From: Magallana gigas
Lineage: Eukaryota
Length of the DNA stretch: 64,000 bases
Direction of reading: 5' to 3'
Assembly (NCBI RefSeq): GCF_963853765.1
Contig: NC_088857.1
Location: 4,836,001 to 4,900,000 of the forward strand
Under the pieces are notes generated by a model. That model saw only the letters and a list, made by a program, of their open reading frames with translations, ran no database searches and was not told the DNA's origin. Below are positions 23,801-38,200 of the stretch, one piece after another; within the stretch, counting starts at the first letter, position 1; each line of letters opens with the position of its first letter. The position numbers and the translations under genes are program-made.

Positions 23801-26800
23801 ATATTGTTGTGTCACTTGACCCTTTTACTGAACTTTCCAATCTAATGTGATCTGATGTTGATATCGTTGCTATAGTTTTTATTGTCGAGGCATACAAATT
23901 CCAGTTGTAGCTGATTGTGGGTAAAAATGCAGATTCTGAAATGCTAGACTGAATTTCCGAATGATCACTTGTGTGTTTTTGCTGCAGATGTATGCTTTCT
24001 GAAACCCATTCGCTCCTTTTGGATGGTATGGCAGATAACATTTGGTTATCTTTCAAAGATTTGTCATTTGACAGACCTATCGTATCTGAATCAAACATCA
24101 CCGTTAAACTCGGCGTTTGAAGAATCTCCGGTGTGAATGTCGTTTGCTCTATCATTGCATTCGTTACTGCAATTTCATGAGTACCCAACATATCTTTAAT
24201 CATGGATGATCCAACGTATTTTGTTTCAAAGGGAGTGACCCCTCTTGAAAACGAGACTTCAAGTAGAGGTCGATCAGATGAATATAACGATGAAAAATAA
24301 ACACCGCTGCTTTCTCTATCAAAAACATCCGATTCTTCTTGAACTTTAACTGATAAGTCTGCATTTGTGGCGATTACACTAGAACACGACGTATGATCTG
24401 TGTTAACTTGGGACTGTACATTTGATCCGGCAACAGACATGACTACTTGACTCATAGTTCTAACAGCATCGTCGATAAGATGTGAATGAACACTGGAAAA
24501 ACTCGCACTAATTGTTGGAACATATATAGGATAACTGGACAGCAAATTGTTGTATGTCGTCCTTAAGTCTGATGTCACCTGGTACATATACTTTGTTTCA
24601 ATGGACGACTGAGCAGGCAGAGTCTCTGCATGTGATAAATTTTGTATTTGAGTATTAGCGTACATAGGCATACTTGATAATATCGATTGTGATGCAATTT
24701 CTGCATTATTGTAGTTGACTGAAGACATTATGGAATAATCTGTTGTATCTAATGGTTTTACGGTTCTGTTTTCAACTCCTCTTCTATTGGCAAATCTGGA
24801 CATTTTAGTATTAAGTGGCGTTTCTTCGGATGTAAAGTTCGAACTAGTTTTATCATAATTAACCGAAGACTCCATAGTCGGAACTGTCAGTTTGATCACA
24901 GTGCTGTTTAAGACACCAGATGAAAAATATCCCCCAATTGTTGAATGCAATGAATACCCCACAAGGTCCCCAAAACTGGAATGTATTAGAGCGGAAGGTT
25001 TGGTAGTCGTTGCATTACTAGTAGCAGAAGCAGTGCTGAGCAAATCATCAACTGTAGTTGGAAGTTTACTTTGATAGGCATAAATTGCATGGGTTTCTGA
25101 GCTGAGTTTGTTTTCCTTAAAACTACTGAGTAGATTGTAATCTGCTGAACTTGCTAATTGAGAGCTCATTGTTTTAACAAGTGTTTTGGAAAAGACGCTG
25201 CTCATCTGTTCTCCAGTTTGTTTACTCTGAGCGTCGATAGCTTCCTCACTTGCTGAAAGTGCTGATAACAATTCTGCAGAGTTATCAGTAGAGATGTGCA
25301 AAGGTTCTTTGGTGGTGGTCCAATGATCCCCATCCCCTGGGTCAGAGTTATAGGAACTCTGCAAATCTTGAAGTATGCTGCTATAGAAGGACAAAGTGAC
25401 GCTGGAATGTATGGTCTGTTTCACCGGTGATACTATCTGTTCAGAGGTGCCGACATGCACCGACTGAAACATAACCGTGTTGATGGGAGTTGCATTGAAT
25501 TCATCGTAGAAATAAAGTGGGGTTAACAGTTGGTCGCCTGGCGTATAATCAGTTTTCCTTTCTCCTACTTTTGAACTAGTTTTCCATGTATTTGTTCGAA
25601 GCACTTCAGTTGTCGATGAAAAATGACTTTCAGTAGTGTTTGGTTTTCTTACATCTAAACTAGATTTAATTTGATTTACTTGAAACTCAGATTTTGATGA
25701 AAAATGATTTTCCAGAATTCTCGACTCCTTTACTTGTATGCTAGATTGAACTACGTCGATAGAGTTTGTTTTTAACTCTGTCTCGGTTGATAAAGGATTC
25801 ATAATATTGTTCGATAGGGATTCTCTCTCTCGTAAACTAGATTTTATTTTTTCAATCATATCAGTTTGGAAATCTGTTGTAAAACCATGCTTTTTGGCTT
25901 TCGACTCTTCCATTTGTTTGACAGATTTCAACAGGGCAAGAGTATTCGTTTGAGGCAGTAAGTCGGTTGAAAAAAGATTCGCCTTAGTAATTGATTCGTG
26001 TGAAAAAGTTGGTGTTTCAATTTCATTTGTGTTAAATTCTGTTGTAAAATGATCTCCGCTAGATCTCAATTGGTCAAATGTATTTGTTTGAAACACTGTA
26101 TCGGTTGAAAAGCGAACATTCATAGATTTCAATTCCGTCTCTAGAGAACTAGATTTAAGTTTGTCTTTTTTACTTGTTTGGAAATCAAATGTAAAAAGAC
26201 TTTCCCGAGAAGTCGACTCTTCCACTTGTGAACTAGATTGCAGTTGGTCAATGGTATTTGTTTGAGACTTCGTATTGGTTGGAGACAGATTCGTCACGGT
26301 CATTGTCTCCTGTGAACTTGATTTCAGTTTCTCAATTCTGCTTGTTTGAAACCCTGTTGAAAAAGGATTAATTATAGTTTTCGATGCTCCTAATTGTGTG
26401 CTAGATTTTGATTTGTAAGTTGTACTTTTTAGATAACCAGTATCGGCTGTAAGTAGATTTATCAAAGTTTTTGATACTTTTACTTCTGAGGAAGTTTTAT
26501 ATTGGTCATTTGTATCTGATGGAAAATCTGAATTTGTTGAATAGAGATTCGTTGTAGCTTTCGACTCTTTCATCTTTAAGCTAGGTTCCAAAGCATCAAT
26601 TGAACTCGTTTTAAACTCTGTATCGAATGAAGAATGCAATGCTCTTTCCACAGCTTTAGTTGTATTTTCTTCTTTATGTGTACTTGTAGGGATAATTCTG
26701 TGGGTTTGGACAGAGGATGACATGATGGCGGATGTTTGAATTTGTTTGTTCGGAAGAGCAGTCATAGTGTCTGAATTTATAACATTACTGAAGATATTAT

Positions 26801-29800
26801 TTGAATAAGTGTCACTCCATGAGAGTTCTCTTCCCGTACTTGTTGATTCAGTTTCTTCTTTTTCAAACGGACTATAAGCAAGCCTGTCACTCTCACCAGT
26901 TGAATGAAAATGAGCAGTAGTAGGAATAGTTTCTGTTGATTTTGAAGAGTCCAGCACGTCAGATAATCCTAAGATGGTTGTTTCAGAAGGTTGAAGTAAA
27001 TGTTTGTCATATGAACTATCTTCAACGTAATACGCTGTATAGAATTCCAAATAGGTGGTGGAAATAGATGACGCAGATTTGTAATTTGTACTTGTTATCT
27101 CATTTTCTGCTATGTTCCCGCTTCCACCTTTGTTACTTTTTATAACCTGTATGGGAACTGTTGTCCTGTGGTTTTCGGTGAGAAGCACGTATGTCTCAGT
27201 ATTAAATGATTGTTGAAGTCCATAGGGTAGAGAGCTGTTATGACTTTCTGTTAAACTGTGCTTCGAGGTATTCATTGAAGAAACTTTAAAAGGAAGAGCA
27301 TGTTCAGTAGAAATTTTTGGCTTAGGAAACACTGTGTGATCCGATGCATGCGCGGTGGAATTAAAGTTTCCTTGTGTTTTGCTGCTACTGTCTTTTGCTG
27401 ATGATTTTTTCCGAGACGAGAAGAGTTTTGTGACAGTTTCTTTATGAACAGATGTTGGCCATTCGATCACAACCAGTGACTCCATAGGTGCGGACGGAAA
27501 AGTGTTAGAAATTGGTGCTGGTATTGGAGACAATATTTCATTCAACAGCAAGTCGGATGAAAATATTAAGGATGATGGATACAGTGTTTGGTCGCCTACA
27601 AACTTGTCGACTGAAGAAAACGAATGGTCAATGCCAGAGAATGATGTCTGCAACGAATAGGACAGTGTTTCTTTGTTAGAATATGATTTGAACGACTCGG
27701 ATGTTGAATAAGAGGAATGCGACATTTCAGCCATGTCCTGATTTTCCTGTAAAGAAGACACATTTGGATGAGGTAATAATGATGCCTTTGAAGATTTGGT
27801 TGGGGCTAGCTTTGTGTCAAGACGGCTCGATGATATTACTGAATTAATGTTTGAAAGTTGTGTGCTCATTGAGTTTAGTTTGGGTATTGAATCCATCCTG
27901 GAGTTACTGTTGTTTGTTCTCGGGTCTGAACTACCCAGTGTCGTGTCATTTTTATTTTGTCCCTCTGCCAAACTTCCCCGTACCAATGCACTCGAAGAGG
28001 TCCAAATTTGGTCATAGTTACTTGATGGGGTCTGTTTGTCAACTGCATTGACTAACGATGTGATTTCCGTGGCTGAAGGAGGTTTTTCTAAAAGCACAAC
28101 TATATCCGAGTATTCTTGATTTTGTGAGAATTCCGGATCGCTGGTATATTTAGAGCTTGAGATCCCGTACCAATCACCGGTAGTTTCCTCAAGTCTAGTA
28201 AACACTTCTGATGACGATTGTATGTATTGTAATGATACGTTTGATGTCCTTGGATAAGTGGTTGGATTAGAACTGGGCCCTGTCTGATTGGTCGAGAGAT
28301 ATTGCATTGATGATTTCAAAACTTCTGAAATAAAAAAAAAAAACCATATACGTAGCTGATTTGTGTTAAATGTATACAATATGTTGTCAATGTTTTTTCT
28401 TTAAAGTTTTGTGAAATCATACACATAAATATTAACACTTCACTAAAGTGTTTACTACGAAATCCACTTGACATCGGAAATTGTTCATCTACATTCGTAT
28501 CGATAAATCTAATGGCTAGAGATAAGTTGCCTTTCCATGAAAAATACGGACCAAATGACGTAATTTTGGCACCGTAATACTTGTAACTATTCGCTCTAAA
28601 GAATAATATGGGCCTATTAATTATACGATATTCAATGAGCAAGTTCAACACTTGAGGCTAATTACAGCTCTTGCTACAACCGATTTCACAGCACGCTGAT
28701 GCAAATGCGATCTGTAATAATTACCATGCTGAATTTGACACTTTTTAGTCGGGCTCGAAAATCACGCTGCAATAAAAGTAACGCACAATCTGATGGGAAG
28801 TCAATGATATTCCAGCAGGGATGAATCATAAAAATGCATTTCAAACAGAGCATCTGCCAAATTAAAGAAACAGTTCTGCTCAATATCCTGAGTATAGTAA
28901 GTCATGACTCAGAACTACTCTGGAAATCGTTAAAATTTTTAAAGCGTGCAATGAAAATAAATCTTATCGTATCAATCAGTGCAATTCATAAAAGCCGTTT
29001 GTTGTGTACAAAATTAATGTTTTTCTTGTGTATTCTACACGCAGTTGTATTTCCATGAGAAGCTCTCATACGTTGATTGACTGGGATTCCTAAGTCACGG
29101 CATCTACGATCTAGTCCATGTTAAACACTTAAAAGACTTTCTCCGCGACCTGAACCACTTGAAATAACGGAGCCTCTTCTATTTCAAACTTACTTCACAC
29201 AATTGTCACTTAGCCATTGTCAACAGGAGTCTCAATGCTGGCAAGTCAGGGAAATAAAACTTTCGCTTTTTGGGGGGCAGCGTGTGATAAAATTCTATCA
29301 GATTTTCCTATCAGAATACTACTGTGTAGTAAGTCTGTATATGATTCGCATTAATCCTATTTTAGAGGAGAAATTCAGTTCGTATAAAGACCGCATGGGT
29401 CCACATTTTATTCAGTCATCCGGATGAACCTATAAACCCAACGGACAATTTAAGGAGGAAAAGAACCCCAAAATCTCATATTATTTTCATTTTGTTTGAT
29501 GCTTAATAATACAAAATAAAATAAAAATATAACTTTCATGAGGCTGGAACAAGAAACACCCTCATCAATATGTAAGACAGATAACCCCTCTCGAACTGTG
29601 ACACTTTTATTATATAAGCTTCGTGTTTTTGGTTAATTAGTTGGCGAGTTGTTGTCGTATTCTCTCAAAGTCTCGGCAGGAAAACATTGAAATGGATGGG
29701 TTTTGATAAGACTCGTTCTAAAAACTCAGTTTCATTTACATAGCGTATGTTTTAAATGAAAAACTTCACAGCTCATTTCTGAGGTATTCAAATAATGTTC

Positions 29801-30351
29801 CAATTCTTGAAAAAAAAGTAAACGAATAATGATTATGTCTATAAATAAATATAAAGCCAGATTTCGCAAAGTTATCACACCAATATAAATTCTGCTGAGA
29901 GAAAATGCAATCAAATTAGAATATTAATGCTCATAAAAATTGACAAGTACTTTTGTTGAGTACTTTGATATAAGTTTGACAGACATCTGTTTCAGAAAAT
30001 GGAACTGGGAGATAAGAGCCAGAGATGGTTATCATGGTCCCTTGTTGAGGCATTGTGGGTCGTGACGACAGGGCGATACCAGGAAGGAATTCCGAACACA
30101 GCTGTACAACCTGACCTTTGATAAAGCTCCACGAGTTCCGACCTTTGATAAAGCTCCACGAGTTCTGAATCCCATTACACAGTTCGTTTTATATAGGGTA
30201 TTGCTATTATCATGGATATTATGTAACTCTCACTCTCTATGAGGACGTGTCACTCTGTTGTTTGTTTGCTTATCATGATTGAATTTAAATTTGATATTTC
30301 AAAATTTATAACCAATTAAGATATAATACATCTCTCTCTCTCTCTCTCTCT

Positions 30352-30394
<43 letters not shown>

Positions 30395-31457
30395 GCTTTT
30401 TAAATATATTAAATATAACATGACTCAAATATAAAGAATGATCTTTTCTTAAATTTCAAAGACCATTGTAACAAATTGAAGGGATAAAAACCTGCAACAA
30501 AGCCTAGAAGAACGGAGCAGCTACTAGCAGAACCAAGATAAGACTCGGTGGGTCAGAATAAAGACGAATAGTGGGAGTCTGGAAGCAGAGAAGCGTGATT
30601 ACTGGAGCCACACTGTGATTAATAAAAACACTAGGCACGGGCTGATAAGGAAAGTCATCAACATTCGGCGATGTAACCGCTGTTTTAATGGAGAACGTTA
30701 TTTTATTTGCAGAGTTTTGTCTAAAACAACTTGAACTTTTTTATGTTTGAAAAATTGTATTTTTTGCACTAGGGATAAATATTTCAGCAAGAAAATTGAA
30801 ATTTGCAGACAAGTGTGATGCAATTTATTTTAGAAACACGAGAATATCTAGAGAATTTTCAGAAATTAATTTTTTTAACATGATATCATGGAAACCATTC
30901 CAAAAAAGCTAGAAGAAGAAATTAATGTCGGGTAAAAAAGTGTCAACAATATCTGCAGGTTAGATGAGATACGGTGGCCAGAGTTCCCATTGACTAATTA
31001 CATCACAGCCTTCTCGGTGTCGTCGAATTGACAAGTCAGGGTCTGAAGTTTCTCTGACTATTAGATAACATTCCCTCTTGACTGAACACAGGAAACAAAA
31101 GATGGCGCAGTTGGAGACAAGGGCAATCAGGAACTATTTGAGTGTTTAAAAAACTTGTTTATTTTGGATAGTGAAATTCTTTTTATAGTGTCTATTCAAC
31201 TAGGATTTAAATATTTGAAACGCAATTATTTCGATTCCTGGCATCCCAGTGATTACCTATCAATAAGCACATTAAGCTATTCATGTACATATCGCTATCC
31301 ATGTACATTATGCTATGGCCTAATATAAATTATCAATATCTTTAAAACAACGTATTAAAATACCTGTGGGACTGGCAAGACCATGGACGAAGTTGTATAT
31401 GGTGACAATGACCAGTGCTCTCAGCCAATCGTTGACATTCCTCGGACATCTACCCAT
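20834..31457 (-). CDS. Large single-pass Ser/Thr-rich mucin-like membrane protein (~2,357 aa) with a SEA/UPF0606 (KIAA1549)-like juxtamembrane module
   Basis: Phase-consistent exons: 31457-31364 (signal-like MGRC..LRALVIVTIYNFVHG), 28324-23015 (5.3-kb S/T-rich), 22917-22826 (SQRRRRSS), 22742-22596 (VEIIFLV..MSAILGYP), 22498-22301 (TM helix) and 22066-20834 (410-aa tail). Assignment of the first exon is inferred. Confidence 0.75.
23209..23870 (-). repeat. 60-bp coding tandem repeat (~11 units of SSDTTISTSEHIRLDSSMKW-like)
   Basis: Visible in both the DNA and the translation of the mucin exon. Confidence 0.9.
30113..30165. repeat. 27-bp tandem duplication
   Basis: GACCTTTGATAAAGCTCCACGAGTTC occurs twice. 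Confidence 0.9.
30331..30392. repeat. (TC)n microsatellite, interrupted
   Basis: Read directly. Confidence 0.95.
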
Positions 31458-33695
31458 AATCCCAAAACACGTTTGTTGTATTCGATCACCAATTAAACTC
31501 CACAACATCGAATTTTCAAATGCTTTGTAATATCTCCATCTTGTTGGAATGAAAGCTCATGCTTCTATCCATGTTTACTGTTAGTCAAAATGAACTTTTT
31601 GAGAAACTGTTTTGCAGTTCCTCTGATAGCACTTCAACTTTCCCAAGCATCTTAAGCTTTTAGTACCTGTTTTGAATTTCTGTAGCAAAACATTACTTAT
31701 ATAACGGTGTGAAGTGAAGCAGCATGGAACCAGCGGCAATGAAAAACTTCCTGATCTAAGTCGTCGTCCCAATAACAGTTCAAAGAGACCTGCGCAGATT
31801 TTAATTGATCGTTAGCAGTTTTATCTTCGGCATCTTCTGTTGCATAACCCTCCCTAACTCCTCCCAAAAATTCGAATCACTAAGAGCACGTGTTAAGGGT
31901 GTTTGCATACCTCTTGTGTGAACACAAACTAGGTTGTAACCATATATTGTGGTTTCAAAGCACTCAGATTCAAAAACCCAATGCTTTCCGATTGCCCACT
32001 TCATTAAATTCTGAGAGTCACGTGGTGCAGATCACGATCAAAATCCAACAAAATACAACTCACATTGAATTGAAATGTGTTTTAGCATCCAGGAAGAGTC
32101 GGTTTATTTTTACCAAGAAGACTGGAAAAAAGGAAGTGCTTCATAATTATATAGATTTACATCCTCCTAACGTACGACGTACAGAAGTGCAGTAAACAAA
32201 AACAAAACAATGGTGACACATACAAATACACTCACGCTTTTAAAAGTCATAACTTTAAATGCATTTGTGTTTTAGTTTTTATTATTTAAGAAGGTCACAG
32301 AGAGATGACCAGTATATGTGTGTATAGTAGTGGGTGTGGTGGATTTTAGGGCAACAGACAATTTAACATATCACAGAGGTCTCTTCACCTGTAAACATCT
32401 AAGTCGTTCTTATCAGTGATCAGATGTTTTTGTTTTTGTACCATTATAAGAGTACGTATATTGTTGATAAACTTTGGCAAGAAAGAATATGTACAACGCA
32501 AAGAAATTCTAAATATGGTTAATGTATTTATAATTTTATATGTATAGGATATATGTCTCACAGTTTCCTTTTTTCCTTTAAAAAATAATCATAAAACGCC
32601 CTTTAATATCTTGAATACTCTGCTTAAGTATTTGGTTAGGAATCTGGGTCATCTTTTTCTGAGAAACATATTTTCAAACTCATACTTTTCCAGAAAAAAT
32701 GATATTCCTTATGGAAGTATAAAAGCGTTTATCGATTTACAACCTCTTATTATGTGTTTGAGGGTGGAGACACCAAACGACAAGGGTTATTTTTAAGAAT
32801 ATCTTATTTTCGAGAAAAATGGTATTTTCTTTTATTTCTATGGAAAGTTTGATATTTGGTTTATTTTATTGATTACTTTACTACAACTTTATTAAAATGT
32901 TTCCTTTTAAAGGAGACTGTTTTAGTCTGAAAATGCCACGACCATCCACCACTCTTTAATCAGTTTTGGGGTGGTTTGGGGTGTAGATACGCCATGTCGA
33001 GTTGTTAATGCAAGCAAGGTACACTAAGGATCAGCAAAACAAAAACAAAAACAAAACCCACCAAACAAACACCATTTGCTGAAATGCTCAACTTCATGTA
33101 TCATAATAATTCAGGTACTAGTACATGCAGATATGCAAAGAAGAAACATATATTATGATCCATCATCTATATATATTATTACAATAAGCTTTTATTTAGA
33201 AACTGATATTACAAATTGATAACTTCTTGTATGATATATCATAATAAACCCATCCATCTGTACTAGGAACCGTTCTGTATCAATGATCTCCATAACCCTT
33301 TCCAGGAGCCATTCCACGAAGATTCCCAAAAATGTCAGCCCCTCTAAGAATTTTCCCACGGGACAGGTTGCTGGGGGAACAAGAGGACAGCTCTGTACAC
33401 CCACGCCAGCGGAGTGGGTCGCACGCTGTCCCCCTAACGGTCTGCATTAAATAGCGCCCTCTGTCCGACAAGTTCACGTCGATCACGCGGATTCCGGACT
33501 GTCAATCACTCATGTCATTTAAGGGGAGAGGGGGACGGTATAACAAACAAGTTTCTTGTGGTGACCTCTGATGTCCACTTAGATCACAATAAAGATCTTT
33601 TTTTTCAATGAAAGTGTTCGACGTATGATGTTTATATATGATGTTTATAAATATATATTAACGGCATTCGACAGTCTTCGCCATTACTGAACATT

Positions 33696-34802
33696 ATGCA
33701 GACCATGGTGTTGGCTCTCTTCTGCTGGATATGTACAGGACACTTAGCGGGTAAATATCTTGCGCAGCTCCTAATGAATTTAAATATTATGTAACGACAT
33801 GAATATCCGGGACTTTTTAGTTCTTACATAATTCTTTTTCAAATTGAATTCAAATTGTCGCAAGTTATATTTACTTAAAAAAAATATTTCTCGCCTCTTT
33901 ACATACATGTAGCTTATCACGTGAGAAGTGTACACGTTTGATATAACGTCAACGTAATTATGTCAAAAATTGATGTGTGAAAACGTCTAGAAATCTGTTA
34001 TGTTTTCTGCTAGGAAGTTAAATTAGATAGAACTCTAAATAAGAGATAACTTTTAAAGTTACTTTGGTAAACTGAGATTTTAGATTACGCGCGGAGCAAA
34101 CATTGCATTTGGTTAGTTATTAAGGACTTTTATTGGGATAACCAGATTGACGATAAAATTGTTCACATGTGTTAACAAACTAATCTTTTTTATTGTTAGT
34201 AAACCATCGTTTGTTGTTTAAAATCAGCAGAATGTTTTTCTGACAAATAGAATAATTTTGTTTTTGCAGGGTCCTTTTTCATTTCTTCCAAGAGAAAGAT
34301 AAAAACGAGAAATGATGAGGGTACTGGCAGTCTGAGTGATATTCTGGGACAAATGAACGAGTTGATGAACTTCGCTCTCTCCGTCGCTGGTCCATTGTCC
34401 GGAACAAGGAAAGGCCAATCAGACATTGTCAAAGACAGCTTTGTTTGTCCCTCGTATAAATGCTCCGATCAGATAGAACCCGGATGTCGGCAGTCCGTGT
34501 ATTACGTCATTCAGGGACAGAGATGCATGGGTTGTGACGTAGACATCTGTAAAGTGGAGAGACGGAGGGAAAACGCTGGAAAATTATTGCGAAATCGTTC
34601 AAAACTTAACGTGGACGGGACCATTGAGAAACCCATTTCTGTGAATTCCATTGGTTTTGAAAAGCGCTGGCTTTTCCCGAGAAACAGACAACAAGAGCGG
34701 TGGGACCAGCCCAATTCTCTTTTTCCGGTGCTGACTGTGCCCGATGTCGATCGTCTACCCCCGGGGTCAGAGAATAGTTGGATTACCGGGTCCCTGTTCT
34801 AA
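33696..34802 (+). CDS. Secreted protein (195 aa) with a 6-Cys module, uncharacterised
   Basis: Exon 1 (33696-33750; MQTMVLALFCWICTGHLA, phase 1) plus exon 2 (34270-34802); module CPSYKC-x7-C-x12-CMGC-x4-C; AATAAA at 34892. Confidence 0.8.
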
Positions 34803-36287
34803 TCTCCTCGCCACCCCACCCTATGATCGCTATAATTCCACACACTCTAAAAATTAACCGACGAAGATTTTGTCGCATTCCATTTTGGCATAATAAAATG
34901 CGAAAATTGTATGTTTTTTATATCCGTTTGTACTCTAAACTTTTGCTTTATTGAGATATATATTTTAATAAAATATGATATGAATTATGATCTTGTTTTA
35001 TCTTAATGTGATCACTTATACTCAGCCGGACTACGTGACTAGGGTTGACCCCCACACCAGTGTGGCAAGTGACGTGATCCACTCTCAGTGCACCAAATTG
35101 TATCCTATCTGGACACCATCTTCTTGAACATGGCAAGCACTTAATAAAAAGATTAAATTTAATCTGAGTGCATGTAGTCTAAGTGGAGGCAATTTTAAAA
35201 CACGAATATAGGCTTTTAATTGATATGCCCTGTGGATTTGAAAACTGATACAAGGCGGTTGCATTGACCATTGCACGATTATTATGGCTGATTGGTAATA
35301 TAATGTTTTATTGTCTTGTTTTTATTTTGAGTATTTTTGTTGAGATTTGTACATTCGTTCTTATATCACATATATTATACTATGGTATCACCAACAGACA
35401 TTTTTTTTGGTCATATACGATTTACTGGTATATCTAACGTGCAACATTAGCGACTTCAGAACTTTGCTGTCACCCAAAATTACAAGGTACGAAATGAAAT
35501 ATTACAGAAAACCTTTGGTTTGTTACAATATTGTAAAAGCTGGATGTGTACTGATGAAGCAAAACTTTAGAGATGTCTGCACCAAAGTTTTCGTTCGTCT
35601 AAAGGGGGAAAACCATAGCGTGCACTTGAAAAAAAACCCATGTAATTATTAGGAGCAGTGAATGTTAGCCATCAATTTAAACGGCAATAGATATACTTCA
35701 ATTTGTAGAATGTCCTTTTCGACATCGGAAATATCAATTACTGTATTGGCCGTTATATTCAGTGTGACGGCTTCTCGAATTAAACGTTATGGAGATATTT
35801 CCGTCATTTGGTTGTAGTGATTTCATGTTCAGTTCGGTTTTATTCTCACCACAAGACACTAAGACATTAACCATATACATTCGTTATCTCTGACATTTGA
35901 TTTTCAAGGAAATACTGGTAAAATTCTTGATAAATATGAAAATGTAGAAATCTGTAGAAATTGAACAGAATAAGTAATGAATTGTAGTAAAACAACAAAC
36001 CAATCAAGGCTAGAACACAGTGATGAAATGATTTATGAAAATGCCAAAGTGGAATTTTCCACACGTCAATAAGATGCCCACCTCCCCTCCCAAAGAAGAA
36101 AAAATCAGATGGTAGACCGTTTTTTGAAGAGTTAATAACCACTTTTGATATTGGCGACTCTCACCTGCTAGGTATTCTAACCTTAATGACAATTATTGTA
36201 AGGAAAGTAATTCAATTGTTGTAGGAAAAATGATTTCCTATGGTTATTTAGAATAAAAACGAATTTAGATCAATAAAAACTTACTAG

Positions 36288-37121
36288 AACAAGCATTCTG
36301 AGAGTATTGCATAAGCAATACACGTCCCCTACCGGTTTGTATTCTTCTATGAAAGCTTCCAAGCACACAGCTATTTTAGAGCTATTGTAAACGAGATGTC
36401 ATGCTTTAATCAGAGATAAAAGAACAGGGGAAATTAAATCTATATAGTTGATTTAGAAATTAAATACAAAATAGGTAAAATAATACTCTTTATTTCATCT
36501 CCTGTAATTTCGCCAAGTCTATTCTGTATTCGCTGGTAAAAACAATGCACTGTTATGCACAATATCATTTCTTACCGTCTTCTGTACCCTGAATCAAACC
36601 AAACAGTTAAACAGCCCAACCCGACAACGAACCCGATTGTAATAATAATACAAAAAAAACCCTGCCGATTAAATTGACAACACAATGCTTGACACTATTT
36701 TATAGAATTTATTTGTTTGTTAGAAATGATAAAAGGAATGGTACAGGAAAAGGAATGGTACAAATAACGCACGATATTATTACTGACTACATACTGACCT
36801 CGTTTATTCAGTTACACACCGAAACCGATAACGAACCCGAACATTAAAAAATTGGAATATAAAAAATTAATTTTCTCGAAAATATGTCAATCAGACGCTA
36901 CAAAAGTGTAAACTTGATCTGTAGTTTGACATTTTGAAGCTGTTCAGCAAGTTTCATATTATTCCTCAAATGCATAAAGAAAAAAAGTGTGGAAAACTGA
37001 AGTGGGACAGACAGACGGACTGACGGACGGACAGACAGACGGACGGACGGACGGACAGACGGACTGACAGACGCAGAGGAAAGCTATAGTCCCCTCCGGT
37101 GAAACCGGTAGGGGACTAATA
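36288..37121 (+). mobile_element. Non-autonomous Helentron-type element (CvA/Pearl-like HINE)
   Basis: 5' AACAAG..GTATTGC..GCAATACACGTCCCCTACCGG, a GACG/GACA microsatellite (~37007-37070) and a 3' hairpin TAGTCCCCTCCGGTGAAACCGGTAGGGGACTA. Confidence 0.85.
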
Positions 37122-37386
37122 AAATGACTTACAAAGGAAAATTGAATTCTAATGCGAATAAAAAAAATCCTTTATGATCTTAAATCCGCAAGAAAATTTA
37201 AATTTTTCCTTTGGAAAAAAACTTCCAGTAATGGAATTCCTGCAGAAAAATGCTCTCATAGAGGAATAAGATTCCATTTGTCGTATACGTACATATTTCT
37301 CTATATACCCGGTGTCCTAAGGAAAATCATTTTCTCCGAAGAAATTATTTTACAAAAGTGCATGTATCTAAAGAGGTAGATGAGGT

Positions 37387-37450
37387 TATTAGTCCCCTAC
37401 CGGTTTCACCGGAGGGGACTATAGCTTTCCTCTGCGTCCGTCAGTCCGTC

Positions 37451-37482
<32 letters not shown>

Positions 37483-38200
37483 CCACTTCAGTTTTCCACA
37501 CTTGTTTCCTTAATGCATTTGAGGAATAATATGAAACTTACTGAACAGCTTCAAAATGTCAAACTACAGATCAAGTTTACACTTTTATAGCGTTTGGTTG
37601 ACATATTTTCGAGAAAATTAATTTTTTTATGTTCCAATTTTTTAATGTTCGGGTTCGTTATCGGGTTCGGTGTGTATTGAATAAACGAGGCCACTGTGTA
37701 GTTAGAAATAATATCGTGCGTTACTTTTACCATTCCCTTTATCATTTCTAACAAAAAAATAAATTCTGTAAAATAGTGTCATACATTGTGTTGTAAATTT
37801 AATCGGCAGGTTTTTATGTATTATCACAATCGGGTTCGTTGTCGGGTTCGGCTGTTTAACTGTTTGGTTTGATTCGGGGTACAGAAGACGGTAAGAAATG
37901 ATATTGTGCATAACAGTGCATCGTTTTCAGAAATTTTTACCGGCGAATACCTAATGGACTTGGCGAAATTACATGAGATAAAATAAAGAGTATTATTTTA
38001 CCGACTTTGTATTTAACTTCTATATAAACTATAACGTTATAGTTTGAATTTCCTCAGAGTCTGTTCTTTTATCTCTGGTTAAAGCATGGCATCTCGTTTA
38101 CAATAGTTCTGAAATAGTTGTGTGCTTGGAAGCTTACGTAGAATAATACAAACCGGTAGGGGACGTGTATTGCTTTTGCAATACTCTCAGAATGCTTGTT
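37387..38200 (-). mobile_element. Second HINE copy in inverted orientation
   Basis: Reverse complement of the same architecture, with several indels relative to the first copy. Confidence 0.85.

Noticed and set aside
29995-30170. Exon-like block in a mucin intron (..EEFRTQLYNLTFDKAPRV)
   Set aside because: It needs a frameshift, contains a 27-bp duplication and matches no family I recognise.
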